Positions 37,026 through 49,800 of a DNA stretch of 51,168 nucleotides are shown piece by piece. The notes beneath the pieces are model-generated. The model had not been told where the DNA came from and did not search any database. It saw only the letters and a list, made by a program, of their open reading frames with translations. Numbering within the stretch: position 1 is the stretch's first letter; every line of letters begins with the position of its first letter. Source of the stretch: Anthoceros angustus (Eukaryota; Plantae; Anthocerotophyta). The stretch is taken from positions 1 to 51,168 of the forward strand of contig VJWM01000339.1 in assembly GCA_010909165.1 (NCBI GenBank), read 5' to 3'. The position numbers were made by a program, and so were the translations under genes.

Positions 37026-40000
37026 TGTGGTGACCACATGGTACTGACCCCTAAAGGAGTGTTTTTTTTTTGTTTTGTGTTTAAGAATCGTGTGGAGTGG
37101 GAATGTGAAGTAGGTTAGGAAATAAAGAAAAGTCTACTAGAGCCTAGTAGGAGGAAGAGAGTCTAGTCCTCGATCCCGGATGTAACCTCGAGGGTTGGCT
37201 GCGACCGTTGCTAACGCGTTGCTAGGGCTGCTACTGTGGCTGCTATGACCACAACCGACTCGGGAGCCTGTTGCTATGGTAGCAACCAAGTTGGAGTTTC
37301 TTTCCAATGACTTCGGAAAATCCAATCAGATGGAATTACAAGGGAATACCCAAACGGGAAGTAAGGGGGGTCCTATTGGCAATTAAGAACAGTGGCAGGA
37401 AGAGGATTTGCATCGAATCCAGGCGGATTGAAGACGGCGCCGCGCCTCAAGCTCGGAGCGTAATTGTGGACGGAGACTGGAGCGAACGCCAGAAGGACAC
37501 AAGGGCGGTGGCACTGGAGTCAAAGGCATCAGGACGAGGAGGCAGGGGAGGACAATCGATTGGCAGTCCGGAGGATGCGGCGGATCGAGGCGGGCGGCAA
37601 GCCAGAAGCGCGGTGCGAAGTTGGGAAAAGCACGCGGGTTGGATAGGGCCAGAAGTGGGCGAATCGGCCCGCAAAATTGGTGGAAAAGCGGGTGGGACAG
37701 GCACGACCGGAAGCATCGAGGAATGTCCCGGAAAACATAGGGATTCTTATAACCGAGGTGGAGCATGGTCACGCCACAAGGGGTCGGGGCATGCCGGGAG
37801 TAGCCGCCGGAACAGAGTAACACGAGGGCTGGAATAATCGACTGCCGTCATGTGCGGAGATAGACGGCACCAGGGTCACTGCAACCGTGATTGTGATTCC
37901 AGTAAATCAGCAGACACTCACACGTGAGGTCGGGAAGCCGAGAGCAGCTGGGGATCCTCCGCCTGCATAAGGTGCAGAAGGACAGGGAGCATGGCGCCTA
38001 AGAAGAATACTCCGGCCGCCATTGAGGCCATTACGACGCCCAATGGCCCAATATGGGGCAATCGGAGAGTGAAGGCGGGTCTTTGGTGGCTACATCACCG
38101 CCCTTCATGGACAAAAAGTGGTGCTACAATAGCCCTACGTTGGTTTTGGAGTGTGTGAGCATGAGGGAGAAGGCCACAGGGAAGGCAACGTGAGGACCAA
38201 CCCCGCACTGAATATTCAGTTCGGCCGTTTATGAGAGACCAAGAGGAATGTGGCGGATAATCATTGATCCTTTCAGAAACCATCTCCTCAAAAGTCGCAG
38301 GAGGCACAAGTTGCTCCCACATTGTCTAGAGTGGAGAATGGCCGGGTCACCAACAAGCTAGACCCCGAGCCGGCCGGATTAGCCAGTGATCCTCGGCTCT
38401 CGCTCACTAAGAAGCCGAGCACATCGACCATTTCCTTGTCTTTCTATGAGGTGGTGAGAGGGTCCAAGATAGATTGGGCCAGGATGTTCTATGACACAAC
38501 AGTGTGGAGAGGGACCACTTGACCCTACCATCACCTAGCCCCTCACCCCTATCTCCCTTCTTAATCCACGTTTTGACCATGCCAAGTTGTCGGAGGGAAT
38601 GGAGATGGTCTCACCTTTCATGCCCGGAGGCCGGTTTGAAAGAAGGAAGCCCAAAGAGGAGTGGAGGAAGAGGCCATCTCCAAAGTGGCACCGGGAGTGA
38701 AGATGAGAAGTCCAAGTGTCCATGAAGAGGAATGTGACTGCTAAGGTGTACCATGCTAAAAGCAACCGGAGTTGCTAAGGCCCCAACAGTACCAAGAGGA
38801 GGGAGCAACGGGACTCCAACCAACACCTAGAGCCACAAGAGCACGACGGGAGCTCACCGGATGTACAAGACAAGGGCAAGGCCAAAGCACCAATATCCCA
38901 GAGCCTGGGCCGGGAAACCACAGTCAACAGGAGGAATCACCCCCAACCTTGGGCACGGCCGAGCTGATCCGAGAAAGTGACCACTGCTCAAGGTGGCTTT
39001 CAAGTATACCCCGGAAGTTGTGACAGGGGGCCACCGCATGCAGATAGGAAGGAGGGCCCATCCCAAGAAGGTTTGGGGACCTAACATCACCCTGCGAGTT
39101 GGTTTCAGCTATGGCACGCACTAGGTGAGATGGAAGATCGATAGCTCGTCCTCTCCTTGTTAGGTTTACAGCGCAAGGGAAGCAACAGGAGCCGGAGGAG
39201 CTCCAAGATGAAGAAGGAGAAGGAGGTTTTGAGGGACGCCAAGCAGCTTGGAAGTGGAAATAGGAAGGTCCGAGGGAGTTGCAGCAAGTCTAAGGACCAG
39301 AAGCCTCATGGCTCGCCTCCGACACGAGCACCATAGGAGAGCTGCAGAATGTTATTTCGATGCACAAGTGGCCGAAACCTCGGATGCCTCACGAGCGCAC
39401 AGAAGGAGAGGGACGAGAAGGAAAGGTCGGAAGGAGGCCAAGAGGGCTGTGATTGCAAGGAGGGCCACCGTGGAAGATGCGAGGCTCCATGGAAGAATTG
39501 CTGAGTTAGCAACAAATGAGGAGGTTACAAGCAACCGGGCTAAGTTAGGGAAGCAACTGCACTCAAGGAAGAAGCAACAATGTAATAAGCTCCAAGACCA
39601 AAGCCAATGGTGCATTAGATTGAGGGCTTATCAAGATATGTAAGATTCTGTGGAGGAAGATTGACAAAAGCGGGGAGTGGGGGACATGGAGGTACTTGAT
39701 CCATGCCTTGACGGCACCGGATCCTACCTATGGGTTGGATTCACGGGAGGAGACTCACCGACCCATCCAGATTCAAGAGCTCACCGAGGAGGAGTACTGT
39801 GCCATGCACAGCACAAGAGAGAGGAGAGTCCAGCTGAGGAGGTGGAGATTTTGGGAGAGATTGCCCAACCACCAAGAGGGAGAGAGCAAGAGGAGAACAT
39901 GGGGCTAGGCGCCTAGGAGGCCCAGAGGGATAATAGGGTAAGTGGCCGAATAAATGAAGGCCCATGTGTTATAGACTAATCTTCCCTCATAGTGGATAGA

Positions 40001-41185
40001 ATTAAGAGATAGGCCTCTAGGCTTAGGCTAAGACCGATTGGTATTTTTGGCAAGCAAGCCGCTTTTGTGGGCTGATAAGAGGCACCCTCTTGATGAAATG
40101 TAAGCAATGTTGGCCTAAAGTCTCGGTGTTTGGGGCTGAGCACGGGGTTTGGGGGGTACTGATCCAAAGGTCTGAGTCTAGACACCGCTTCTCCGCCACA
40201 GGAGGAGCCAAGACTACTGTTGCCCAGATCCGTGTGACCGATCCGCAAGAGTGGTGGAAAGCAAGGAGGAGCCTGTGGTCTCCTTGAGGAGTTCCCAAGG
40301 TCAAGAGGAAGGGGTTGTGAAGCCGGGAGGTCATTCCTTACTCATTCTCTTCAGCTTGTCTAGTACTCACCTTGTGTTTGAGTTTTCGTGTGTCAAGGTC
40401 ATGTGGGAAAAGGAGACAAGGCGGGAGCCTGTGGGTGGAAGAGAAGGTCAAGTGAGAGAGTCCGTGGGTTTGTATGCTTTGGAAAATGTGAGCGAAAAGT
40501 GAACCGTGAGAGGAGGGAAATCAACATGGAGAGTTGCTGATTGGCTGTGGAGAGAAGTAAGAGGGATTGGAGAAGTCTGTAAGTGATGCGGTGTGGGATT
40601 GAATGAGGCCGTGAGGTGTGAGAACAAGGAGCGAAGGAGTTGCAGAGGAAACTTGGGGAGTATGGAGAGAGAGTGCAAGAGGTACCTGGAGCCGTGAGAG
40701 CCTGGGGAGGATCAGAGAAGCTTGGGAGGAAAGCTGAAAGGTTGAGGGAAGAAAGAGAGTCCGGGGAAGTGTTACTGCAGTAAGGAGGGGTTGTGTGATC
40801 GAACCCGATTGGTGGATCCGACTTTGTGGAAGGATAGAGAGAGGTGTCCAATCTTATCCACTTGGATCCCAAGTGGGCCCCCACCTTCTATTAATAGCTG
40901 ACTCAACCCGAGATGGACCTCTAAAATAGAGGGTGGTTGCTAAGATAGCAACCGTGGCCCGTCTGCTAAGGTAGCAACAGGTCGTGTAAGATAGCCACCG
41001 AGTTGTTAGGATAGTAGCCGGTCTCAGAATCGCTAGATGTTTGTATGTCCGTGTTTGGTTGGATTGGCTATGTTTTGGTTGTCTTGACACGAAATCACCC
41101 TTTGGGTACGAATCTCAAGTCTACAACGATAAAGAGGGTAAATGTGGCCTCTTTGTGACCACTTGGTTTAGAAAATCACTCCACA
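37026..41185 (+). mobile_element. Full-length 5' LTR, ~4.16 kb, beta subtype
   Basis: Begins TGTGGTGA at an abrupt junction and ends TCACTCCACA (TGTGG/CCACA inverted termini). Followed by TTT and the PBS. Confidence 0.8.
37991..39908 (+). pseudogene. LTR-embedded accessory ORF (~640 codons, frameshifted in this sequence), unknown function, C-terminal coiled coil
   Basis: ATG GCG CCT AAG AAG (MAPKK) start, FYEVVRGSKIDWARMFYD, coiled-coil-like EELxKMKKEKEVLEGRLSALEVEIGKVRGVA, and C-terminal MEVLDPCL..GSYLWVG..IQELTEEE..RRTWG*. Present in three LTR copies. Confidence 0.55.
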
Positions 41186-41188
41186 TTT

Positions 41189-41205
41189 TGGCGCCGCTGC
41201 CGGGA
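41189..41205 (+). promoter_or_regulatory. tRNA-Asp primer-binding site (variant)
   Basis: TGGCGCCGCTGCCGGGA lies 3 nt after the LTR CA; it has one substitution and one missing G relative to 1950-1967. Confidence 0.85.
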
Positions 41206-41555
41206 GTGTCATTGTTGTCAAGACCTTAGAGTAGACTAACCTTGTCTAGTAGTTGGGAGTCTTGAGTGTGATACATGGATGCTACCCATTGAGTCTCGAA
41301 AGTTCCGACTCAGTGAAGAGAAGACTCAAAGAAGAAGACAACGCTGCCGTGGAGCGAGGGCTAAGGGCATCGAGAGCCGAGGAGAGCAGCAGCAACGACT
41401 ACCGGGAGGAGCCAAGAAGCAAGCAACAGCGCTAGGACGACCCATCCTTGTCTTCCGACCTCCGTTGAACTTGTGCAGCACCGTGAACTCAACTTTGACA
41501 GTATTAATACAGAGATCCTGCTAGACCAACAATCGGTTGTCGGGATAGTGACGAC

Positions 41556-43375
41556 ATGGGCGACTTCCGGGCCTTTTGCAATAACTACTAAGCAGCCATA
41601 CCCACCGTATGGGAGAGAAGAAGGTATGAAGATCCGACGAGTTTGTTGAACGCTTTGAGCAACTAACCATTGCAAATCGTGAACTGGGATCGCAGATTCA
41701 CTTTCTTTTGAGTTCATGAGGGCCAGCCAAGTGGTACAAGAGGGAGTACCTCAAGGCATCAAGACCCCAAAGAACCTTCAACGAATCAAGAAAGCCTTTT
41801 GTGAGAGGTTCAGGGAATAGATGTAGAAGGCTACGTGTTGTCAAAGTTGGAGTTTTTGAGGAGAAGAAGGAAGGAGACCTTGCAAGCTTATGTTGAGAGG
41901 TTTCTTAACTTGCGTGATCGTAGTGGTCCTCACTGACGATGTGCCATTCTGGTTTGCTAAGGGGTTAGATCCAGATGGGCCGACATGTGAGGTGCAAGCG
42001 GAGAAAGACGAGACAAGGCCATCAAGGCGGCACTCAACTACGAAGAATCCAACTGGACAAGAAGAAGCACAAGAAGGAAAAGAGCAAGAAGAAGAAGTCC
42101 AAGCGAGGGAAGAAGGACAAGGATCTGCCGAGGAGGAAACTTGAGGAGAGTGACTCCTCTCAAGACTCAGACTCGGAGGACTCTTCCTGAGGATGGCAAG
42201 ACGGAGGAAGAAACCCCAAGACGAGACGCAGAAGAAGAAGAAGGTTGACGCTAAGAAGAAACCAGAGGCTCGAGGATCAAGGGAGCTGGCGGCTAAACAA
42301 GAGGTCGCTAGTGCTAAGAAGGAAGTGGAACAAGTCAAGAGGGAGGTCAAGTCAAGAAGGTGCAACAAAGAAGAAATGAAGATGGAGGAAATGATGAGCA
42401 AATTCGAGAAGTTTCACCTCAACGTGAAGGAGCATGAGAAGAGGAGAGCGCATCCAAAGCTCGGGCTAACTGCTTTGTTCCACTTGTGGCCAGCCAGCCA
42501 CACTAAGTCCAACTGCGGCCAAGGTGCACATGCTCGCCACGAGGAGGAGGAAGAGGATCCGTGGAGGATACCTACCGATCCGTGAGGTTTCTGTGACAAC
42601 AAGATTCAAGACCGCCCATCCGCCGATCGAAATTCCATGGGGCCGGGTATTCAGAATAACCAAGTGCCTGTGGTTGCTAACCAAGCAACGGTATGGTTCT
42701 ACAAATCAGAGGGGCTTTGGTCATTATGCAAATAGCTGCTCATCGAACAAGAGCCAATGGTGACTACGAACTACGCAAGACAAACAACAGGTCATGTAGC
42801 GGGAGTGTCACCGCCCAAACCGAGGAAGACTGCTCAATTGCTCAACCACCGTGAGGTTCAACAGCATCCCGGAGCACATGCACGTGGAGGATGCCCTATG
42901 GTCGCTTGGGAGGATGCGAAGCCATGGTGTTACGGAGCTAGATGGACCGGGGGTGGAGGAGACTACTACGGAGAGGTCAGCCCATGGTCAGGCGCACTAG
43001 GAATGAAAAGCTAGGAGGAAGTCATGAAGAAGAAAGAGGAGGTGGAATCACCACAAAGTCTCAAGAGAGCACTCCAAGCCCGGAGGGAACGGATCCGAGG
43101 AGACACTTGAGAAGGAGAACCCCGAGAAGGAAGAATCAAGGAGTGAATCGCCTGGGGCCATGCTGGAGAAAAGAAGTTCCAAAGAAAAGGGAGAGGAACC
43201 CGAGTTTCCACCGGACGACGGAAGTCATGGAGATGATAGAGGAGGAATTGACCAAGACAAAATCAGATGTGATCCCGAGATCGCAGAAGTCCTCCGGTTA
43301 GCAACCGCCGCTGCTAAGGCGGCCGTTGTTAGCAGCAACCGACGCTGTTGCTAAGGGAGCAACCGCGATCGGGGA
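41556..43375 (+). pseudogene. gag: Gag, second copy, frameshifted and cut at ~43375
   Basis: Collinear with 2332-4145. Confidence 0.8.
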
Positions 43376-46300
43376 AGAAGGGAAGGACAGAGAGAGGTCA
43401 TGTTGCAATGGTGTTGCAATTTTGAAGTGGTACATGAAGTGAGAGACCAAGCATTGTGTTAAGATGGGGTGAGAAGGTGGATAAGAAAAGGACACCATGA
43501 ACACCAAGCCACCATAAAGTGTTGCAATTATGTTAAGATTTGGACCCTGGATGTAACACTCATGTTGCAATTTTGAAGTGGTACATGAAGTGAGAGACCA
43601 AGCATTGTGTTAGGATGGTGGGAGAAGGAAGAGAAAGAATGGACCAACTTAACACCAAGCATTGTGTTAGGATGGTGGGAGAAGGAAGATGGAGGAAAGG
43701 TGGCAAGCAGGGCACCGTCAAGTGATCTTGGAGGCAACGTAGATGGTGGGGAACACGGATGTGGGAGCGGAGCACTGGAGAGATGGTGGGGAACGGATGT
43801 GGGAGCGGGAGCACTGGAGAGATGGTGGGGAACTGGATGTGGGAGCGGGAGCACTGGAGAGATGGTGGGGAACGGATGTGGGAGCGGGAGCACTGGAGAG
43901 ATGGTGGGGAACTGGATGTGGGAGCGGGAGCACTGGAGAGATGGTGGGGAACACGGATGTGGGAGCGGGAGCACTGGAGAGATGGTGGGGAACGGATGTG
44001 GGAGCGGGAGCACTGGAGAGATGGTGGGGAACACGGATGTGGGAGCGGGAGCACTGGAGAGATGGTGGGGAACTGGATGTGGGAGCGGGAGCACTGGAGA
44101 GATGGTGGGGAACGGATGTGGGAGCGGGAGCACTGGAGAGATGGTGGGGAACGGATGTGGGAGCGGGAGCACTGGAGAGATGGTGGGGAACACGGATGTG
44201 GGAGCGGGAGCACTGGAGAGATGGTGGGGAACGGATGTGGGAGCGGGAGCACTGGAGAGATGGTGGGGAACTGGATGTGGGAGCGGAGCACTGGAGAGAT
44301 GGTGGGGAACGGATGTGGGAGCGGGAGCACTGGAGAGATGGTGGGGAACTGGATGTGGGAGCGGGAGCACTGGAGAGATGGTGGGGAACACGGATGGATG
44401 TGTACATATATATGTATACAAAGGAGGTAAAATAGGAAGGGAAGGAAAGCGGTGGAAGGTGAAGGCCATGTCGAAGGAAGGCATGAGATACTAGTGGAGA
44501 GAAGGAAGATGGAGGAAAGGTGGCTGGGGGCCACCGTGATGCCGGAGGCAACGAGATGGTGGGGAACGGATGTGGGAGCGGGAGCGCTGGAGAGATGGTG
44601 GGGAACTGGATGTGGGAGCGGAGCAGGAGAGATGGTGGGGAACCCGGATGGATGAGAGAATGGGAGCGCATGCCGAATGCAACTGGAAAACAACCGCGGG
44701 TGGGCCGCTTTGTGGAGGGAATGTGAATGTTCGAGCCATTTTCTTGCGACGGAGTCGCCAAGACGTGGTGGACCGGTGATGGTCAATCAACAACAAAGAT
44801 GGAATTGGTATTCCCACCTTTATAGCCTAGCATTTACAGGGTCCTTCGCCGTGAAAGTGGTGATTGAGGTCATGGATAGGTCTAGGAAGTTGTGGAGGAA
44901 CCCCAAAAACAATGGTGTTGGTCTCAAGAGTCACCAAGTGACGCCGCAAGACGCATATGGCCATATCACTTGGAAGACGACATGTTTGTAGATAAAGACT
45001 GTACTGGCAACAAAGCCACCGATGCCGAAAGGGATAGAGGACGCTTGAACTATCCAAAATTCCAATTAATTTGTCAATAAAATCAAACACTTATATATGC
45101 AAGGTATGAGAGTGACGGGTTAGCACATATATACTATATAAACAAGTCTTTATATACGATATATATACGATACAAAGGAGGCATACACTAATATAATATA
45201 AGTATAATGATGGATGTGTACATATATATGTACACATACTTACACATACTTATGTCTTGAAGCCTACAATACATATATATGTATACAAAGGATATGCAAA
45301 GGAGGTAAAATAGGAAGGGAAGGACAGCCCAAGAGAGAGGTCATGTTGCAAGAGGAAGAGGGAAGAGTATAAAATGGTTGTGATAGGGGAGGTCCTTCTA
45401 CATGAAGGAGGAGGAGAAGTGAAAGAGTATAAAAGGGTGTGATAAGGGGAGCAATAACTAGCGGTGAGGTGAGAGGAGAGAGACCAAGCATTGTGTTAAG
45501 ATGGGGTGAGAAGGTGGATAAGAAATTGACACCGAACACCAAGCCACCAAAGAGTGTTGCAATTTTGAAGTGGTACATGAAGTGAGAGACCAAGCATTGT
45601 GTTAGGATGGTGGGAGAAGGAAGAGAAAGAATGGACCAACTTAACACCAAGCATTGTGGAGTGATTTTCTAAACAAGTGGTCACAAAGAGGCCACATTTA
45701 CCCTCTTATCGCTGTAGACTTGAGATTCGTACCCAAGGGAGTGATTTCGTGTCAAGACAACCAAAACATAGCCAATCCAACCAAACATGTACATACAAAA
45801 CATCTAGCAGCGCAAAGCTACTATCCTAACAACACTCGGGACTGTATATCTTAGCCATCGACCTCGCTTACCTTAGCAACGATCAATCTTGCTATCTTAG
45901 CAACCACCCTCTATTTTAGCAGAGTGGGACCCATCTCGCCCAGCTCATTATTAGAAGGTGGTGCACTTGGGGTCCAAGTGGATAAGATTGACACCTCTCT
46001 CTTATCCTTCCACAAAGTCGATCCACCAACTGGTTGCCGATCACACAACCCACCTCCTTACTGCAAACACTTGTCCTTGGGTCACGAAATGGTCATAAAA
46101 AGCGGGGACTATATATGGCATGCATGGAGGAATGGCATCGTGGACAAGGAAGGTTTTGTTTTGCGCCTTGCAAACACTTGTCCTTGGGTCACGAAATGGT
46201 CATAAAAAGCGGGGACTATATATGGCAAATTCACATACGGACGGTCCTTCATTCATGGCATAATGAAAGGGGCATTTAGTTTGCTTGAATGGCTCTCACG

Positions 46301-46836
46301 TGCCACCCACCGTCCTTGCACAATGGTGTAGATGTTGATATAGATTATTCAAGCGATTGGAGCAGTAGCGTCTGTCGGTTCAAACGACCTTCGACGTGGC
46401 ATGTTTTCTTCCATGCCATGAGTTTTCAATTATTCTAATGGCTTGCACCCACCTTCCTTGGACCATGGTGGAGGGAGAATTTTATTTGAGAGAAAGGGAA
46501 CCATTGTCCTTGGTTCATGGCGGGTTGTAAGATGGCCATGACCTTGTCATGGCATGGCATGCCACGTAGTCCCCTTCTTGGATGGAAGCACGGCGAAGGA
46601 TGGTCCTAGCGGCAAGTGAGGTGGGCACTGTGGAGAATGCGGATTCAAAGTGGAGGGTGGATGATGGTCAATCGGCAACAAGCAGATGGAATTGGTATTC
46701 CCACCTTTATAGCCTAGCATTTACAGGGTCCTTCGCCGTGAAAGTGGTGATTGAGGCCGGATAGGTCTAGGAAGTTGTGGAGGAACCACGAAAACAATGG
46801 TGTTGCAATTATGTTAAGATTTGGACCGGATGTAAC
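43371..46836. other. Mosaic of short and long pieces copied from elsewhere in this window and joined at ~8-15 nt microhomologies
   Basis: Pieces trace to 6031-6075, 6141-6170, 11775-13396, 12890-12990, 17060-17690, 18785-18930 and 19520-19600. Confidence 0.85.
43757..44391 (+). repeat. Tandem array of 16 units of GGATGTGGGAGCGGGAGCACTGGAGAGATGGTGGGGAAC (39 bp plus 0-2 nt linker)
   Basis: Units counted directly. Only 2-3 diverged units exist at the homologous sites in M (11900-11990, 18580-18660, 34820-34915). Confidence 0.95.
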
Positions 46837-49800
46837 CTCGAGGGTTGGCTCAATCGTTGCTAACGCTGCTAGGGCTGCTACTGTGGCTGCTATGACCACA
46901 ACCGACTCGGAGCTCTATGGTAGCAACCAAGTTGGAGTTTCTTTCCAATGACTTCGAAAATCCAATCGATGGAATCACAAGGAATACCCAAACGGGAAGT
47001 AAGGGGGGTCCTATTGGCAATTAAGAAGCGGAAGAGTATTTGCATCGAATCCAAAGCGGATTGAAGACGGCGCCGCGCCTCAAGCTCGAGCGCACTGGAC
47101 GGAGACCGGAGCGAACGCCGGACACAAGGGCGGTGGGCCGAGTCAAGGCCAGACGAGCGCCAGGGAGGACCAATCGTGGATTGGTGGCGTCCGAGGATGC
47201 GGCGGATCGGGAGGTCAAGCGGAGCCGAAAGGCGCAGCCGCAAGAAGTTGGGCACGGTGGGTTGATAGGGCTGTGAAGTGGTCAGAGAACTGCCCGCAAA
47301 ATTGGTGGAAAAGCGGGTGTGGTGACAGGCACGACCGAAGCATTCGAGGAATGTCCCGGAAAACATAGGGATTTATAACAGGAAGTGGAGCATGGTCACC
47401 GCCACAAGGGTCGCGGCATGCCGGAGTAGCTGGCCGAAAGGAGTAACACGAGGGGCCTGGAATAATCGATCAAGCGCTCACCAAGCGCGGATAGGCCGAG
47501 ACGGCGCACCAGGGTCACTGCTTAACCGTGATTGCGATTCCACCAAGTAAATCAGCAGTGACACTCGCCACCGTGGCCGGGCCGAGCAGCAGTTCCCAGG
47601 GATCCTCCGCCTGCGCTGTATAAGGTGAATTTCGGATGTGAGCATGGCGCTAAGAAGAACTCCGTCGCCATTGAGGCCATTACGATGCCCAATGGCCCAA
47701 TATGGGGCACTGGAGTGAAGGCGGGTCTTTGTGGCTAAGCATCACCGTCCTTCATGGACAAAAAGTGGTGCTACAATAGCTCACGTTGGTTTTGGAGTGT
47801 GCGAGCATGAGGGAGAAGGCCATTGGGGAAGGCAACGGAGGACCAACCCCTGCACCGGGAATATTCAAATGCTCCGGTCATGAGAGACCAAGAGGAATGT
47901 ATGGGATAATCATTGAATTTTCAGAAACCATCTCCTCAAAAGTCGCAGGAGCACATTTGTCATTGCTCTACATTGTCTAGAGGAGAATGGCTGGTCACCA
48001 ACAAGCTAGACTGAAATGGCCATTAGCCAGTATCTCAGGCTCATCTTTCTTAAGAAGTTTTGAGCACAGTCAACCATTTCTTGTCTTTCTATGAGGAGTG
48101 GTGAGAAGGGCCAAGATAGATTGGGCCAGATGTTCTATGAAACCGCGGAGCTGCTAAGGCTTGTACACGGGAGCAACGGGACTCCAACACCTAGAGCCAC
48201 AAGAGCGCACGGGAGCCCACCGATGTAAGCAAGACAAGGGCAAGGCTGTGGCAGACCAATATCCCAGAGCTCGGGAAACCACAGAGTCAACAGGAGGAAT
48301 CGCCCAACCCTTGGGCACGGCCGAGCTGATCCGAGAAAGTGACCACTGCTCAACGGTGGCTTTCAAGTATACCTGTTGTGACAGGGGCGGTCACCGCGAT
48401 GACAGGAAGGAGGGAGCCCATTCCCAAAGAAGGTCCTGGGACCTAACATCACCCTACAGGAGTTGGTTTCAAATGGCACGCACTGTGGGCTAGATGGAAG
48501 ATCGATAGCTCGTCCTCTCCTTGTTAGGTTTACAAAGCGCAGCAAGGGAAGCAACAGGAGCAAATGGAGGAGCTCCGTAAGATGAAGAAGGAGAAGGAGG
48601 TTTTGGAGGGACGCCTAAGCGCCTTGGAAGTGGAAATAGGGAAGGTCCGAGGAGTTGCAACAAGTCTAAGGACCAGAAGCCCTCATGGCTCGCCTCCGAC
48701 ACAGAGCACCATAGGAGAGTCATCGTTATTTCAGATGCACAAGTGCAGCAAACCTCGGATGCCTCACGAGCCACAGAAGGAGAGGGACGAGGCTAGGACG
48801 GAAGGAGGCCAAGAGGGCTGTGGATTGCAAGGAGGGCCACCGTGGAAGAGGCAGAGGCTCCTATGGAAGAATCAGCGAGTTAGCAATGCCGAGGAGGTTG
48901 CTACAAGCAACCGTCACTAGGGAAGCAATAAATAGCTGCACTGCTAGGGAAGCAACAACCGTAACAAGCTCCAAGACCAAAGCCCAATGGTGCATTAAGG
49001 GCTTATCAAGATAATCATGTGGAGGAGAGAAGCGCTGTTGTGGGAGCGGGGACATGGAGGTACTTGATCCATGCCTTGACGCACTCGGATCCTACCTATG
49101 GGTTGGACTTACGGGAGACTCTCGACCCATCCAGATTCAAGAGCTCACCGAGGAGGAGTACAAGGGCGAGCAAGAGAGGGAAGAGTCCAGCCTCGAGGAA
49201 GTGGAGATTTTGGGAGAGATTGCCCAACCAGCCAAGAGGGAGAAGAGCAAGAGGAGAACATGGGCCTAGGCGGCCTAGGAGGCCTGGAGGGATAATAGGG
49301 TAAGTGGCCCTCGAATAGATGAAGGCCCATGTGTTATAGACTAATCTTCCTCATAGTGGATAGAATTAAGAGATAGGCCTCTAGGGTAGACTAGGACCGA
49401 TTGGTATTTTGGCCAAGCCGCTTTTGTGGGATCTTGGGTATAAGAGGCAGCCCTCTTGATGAAATGCAAGCAATGTTGGCCTAAAGTCCTGTTTGGGACG
49501 AGCACGGGGTTTGGGGGTACTGCATCCAAGGCTGTGAGTCAGACACGCTTTCTCCGCTGCTGTGAGGAGCCGAGAAGACTACTGTTGCCCATCCGTGACC
49601 GATCCGCAAGAGTGGTGGAAAGCAAGGGAGGGAACTCGGTGGTCTCCTTGGGGAGTTCCCAAGGATAAGAGGAAGGGGATTGTGCCGGGAGGCTGTCCAT
49701 TCTCTTACTCATTCTCTTCCCTTGTCTAGTACTCACCTTGTGTTTGAGTTTTCGTGGTGTCAAGGTCATGTGGAAAAGGAGACAAGGCGGGAGCCTGTGT

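Noticed and set aside
43757-44391. CRISPR-like array
   Set aside because: There are no unique spacers (units are contiguous), the context is a eukaryotic TE, and there are no cas genes.
43528-44786. Long repetitive ORFs (up to 408 aa) in the ORF track
   Set aside because: They are open in several frames on both strands simply because the 39-bp unit lacks stops; there is no coding signal.
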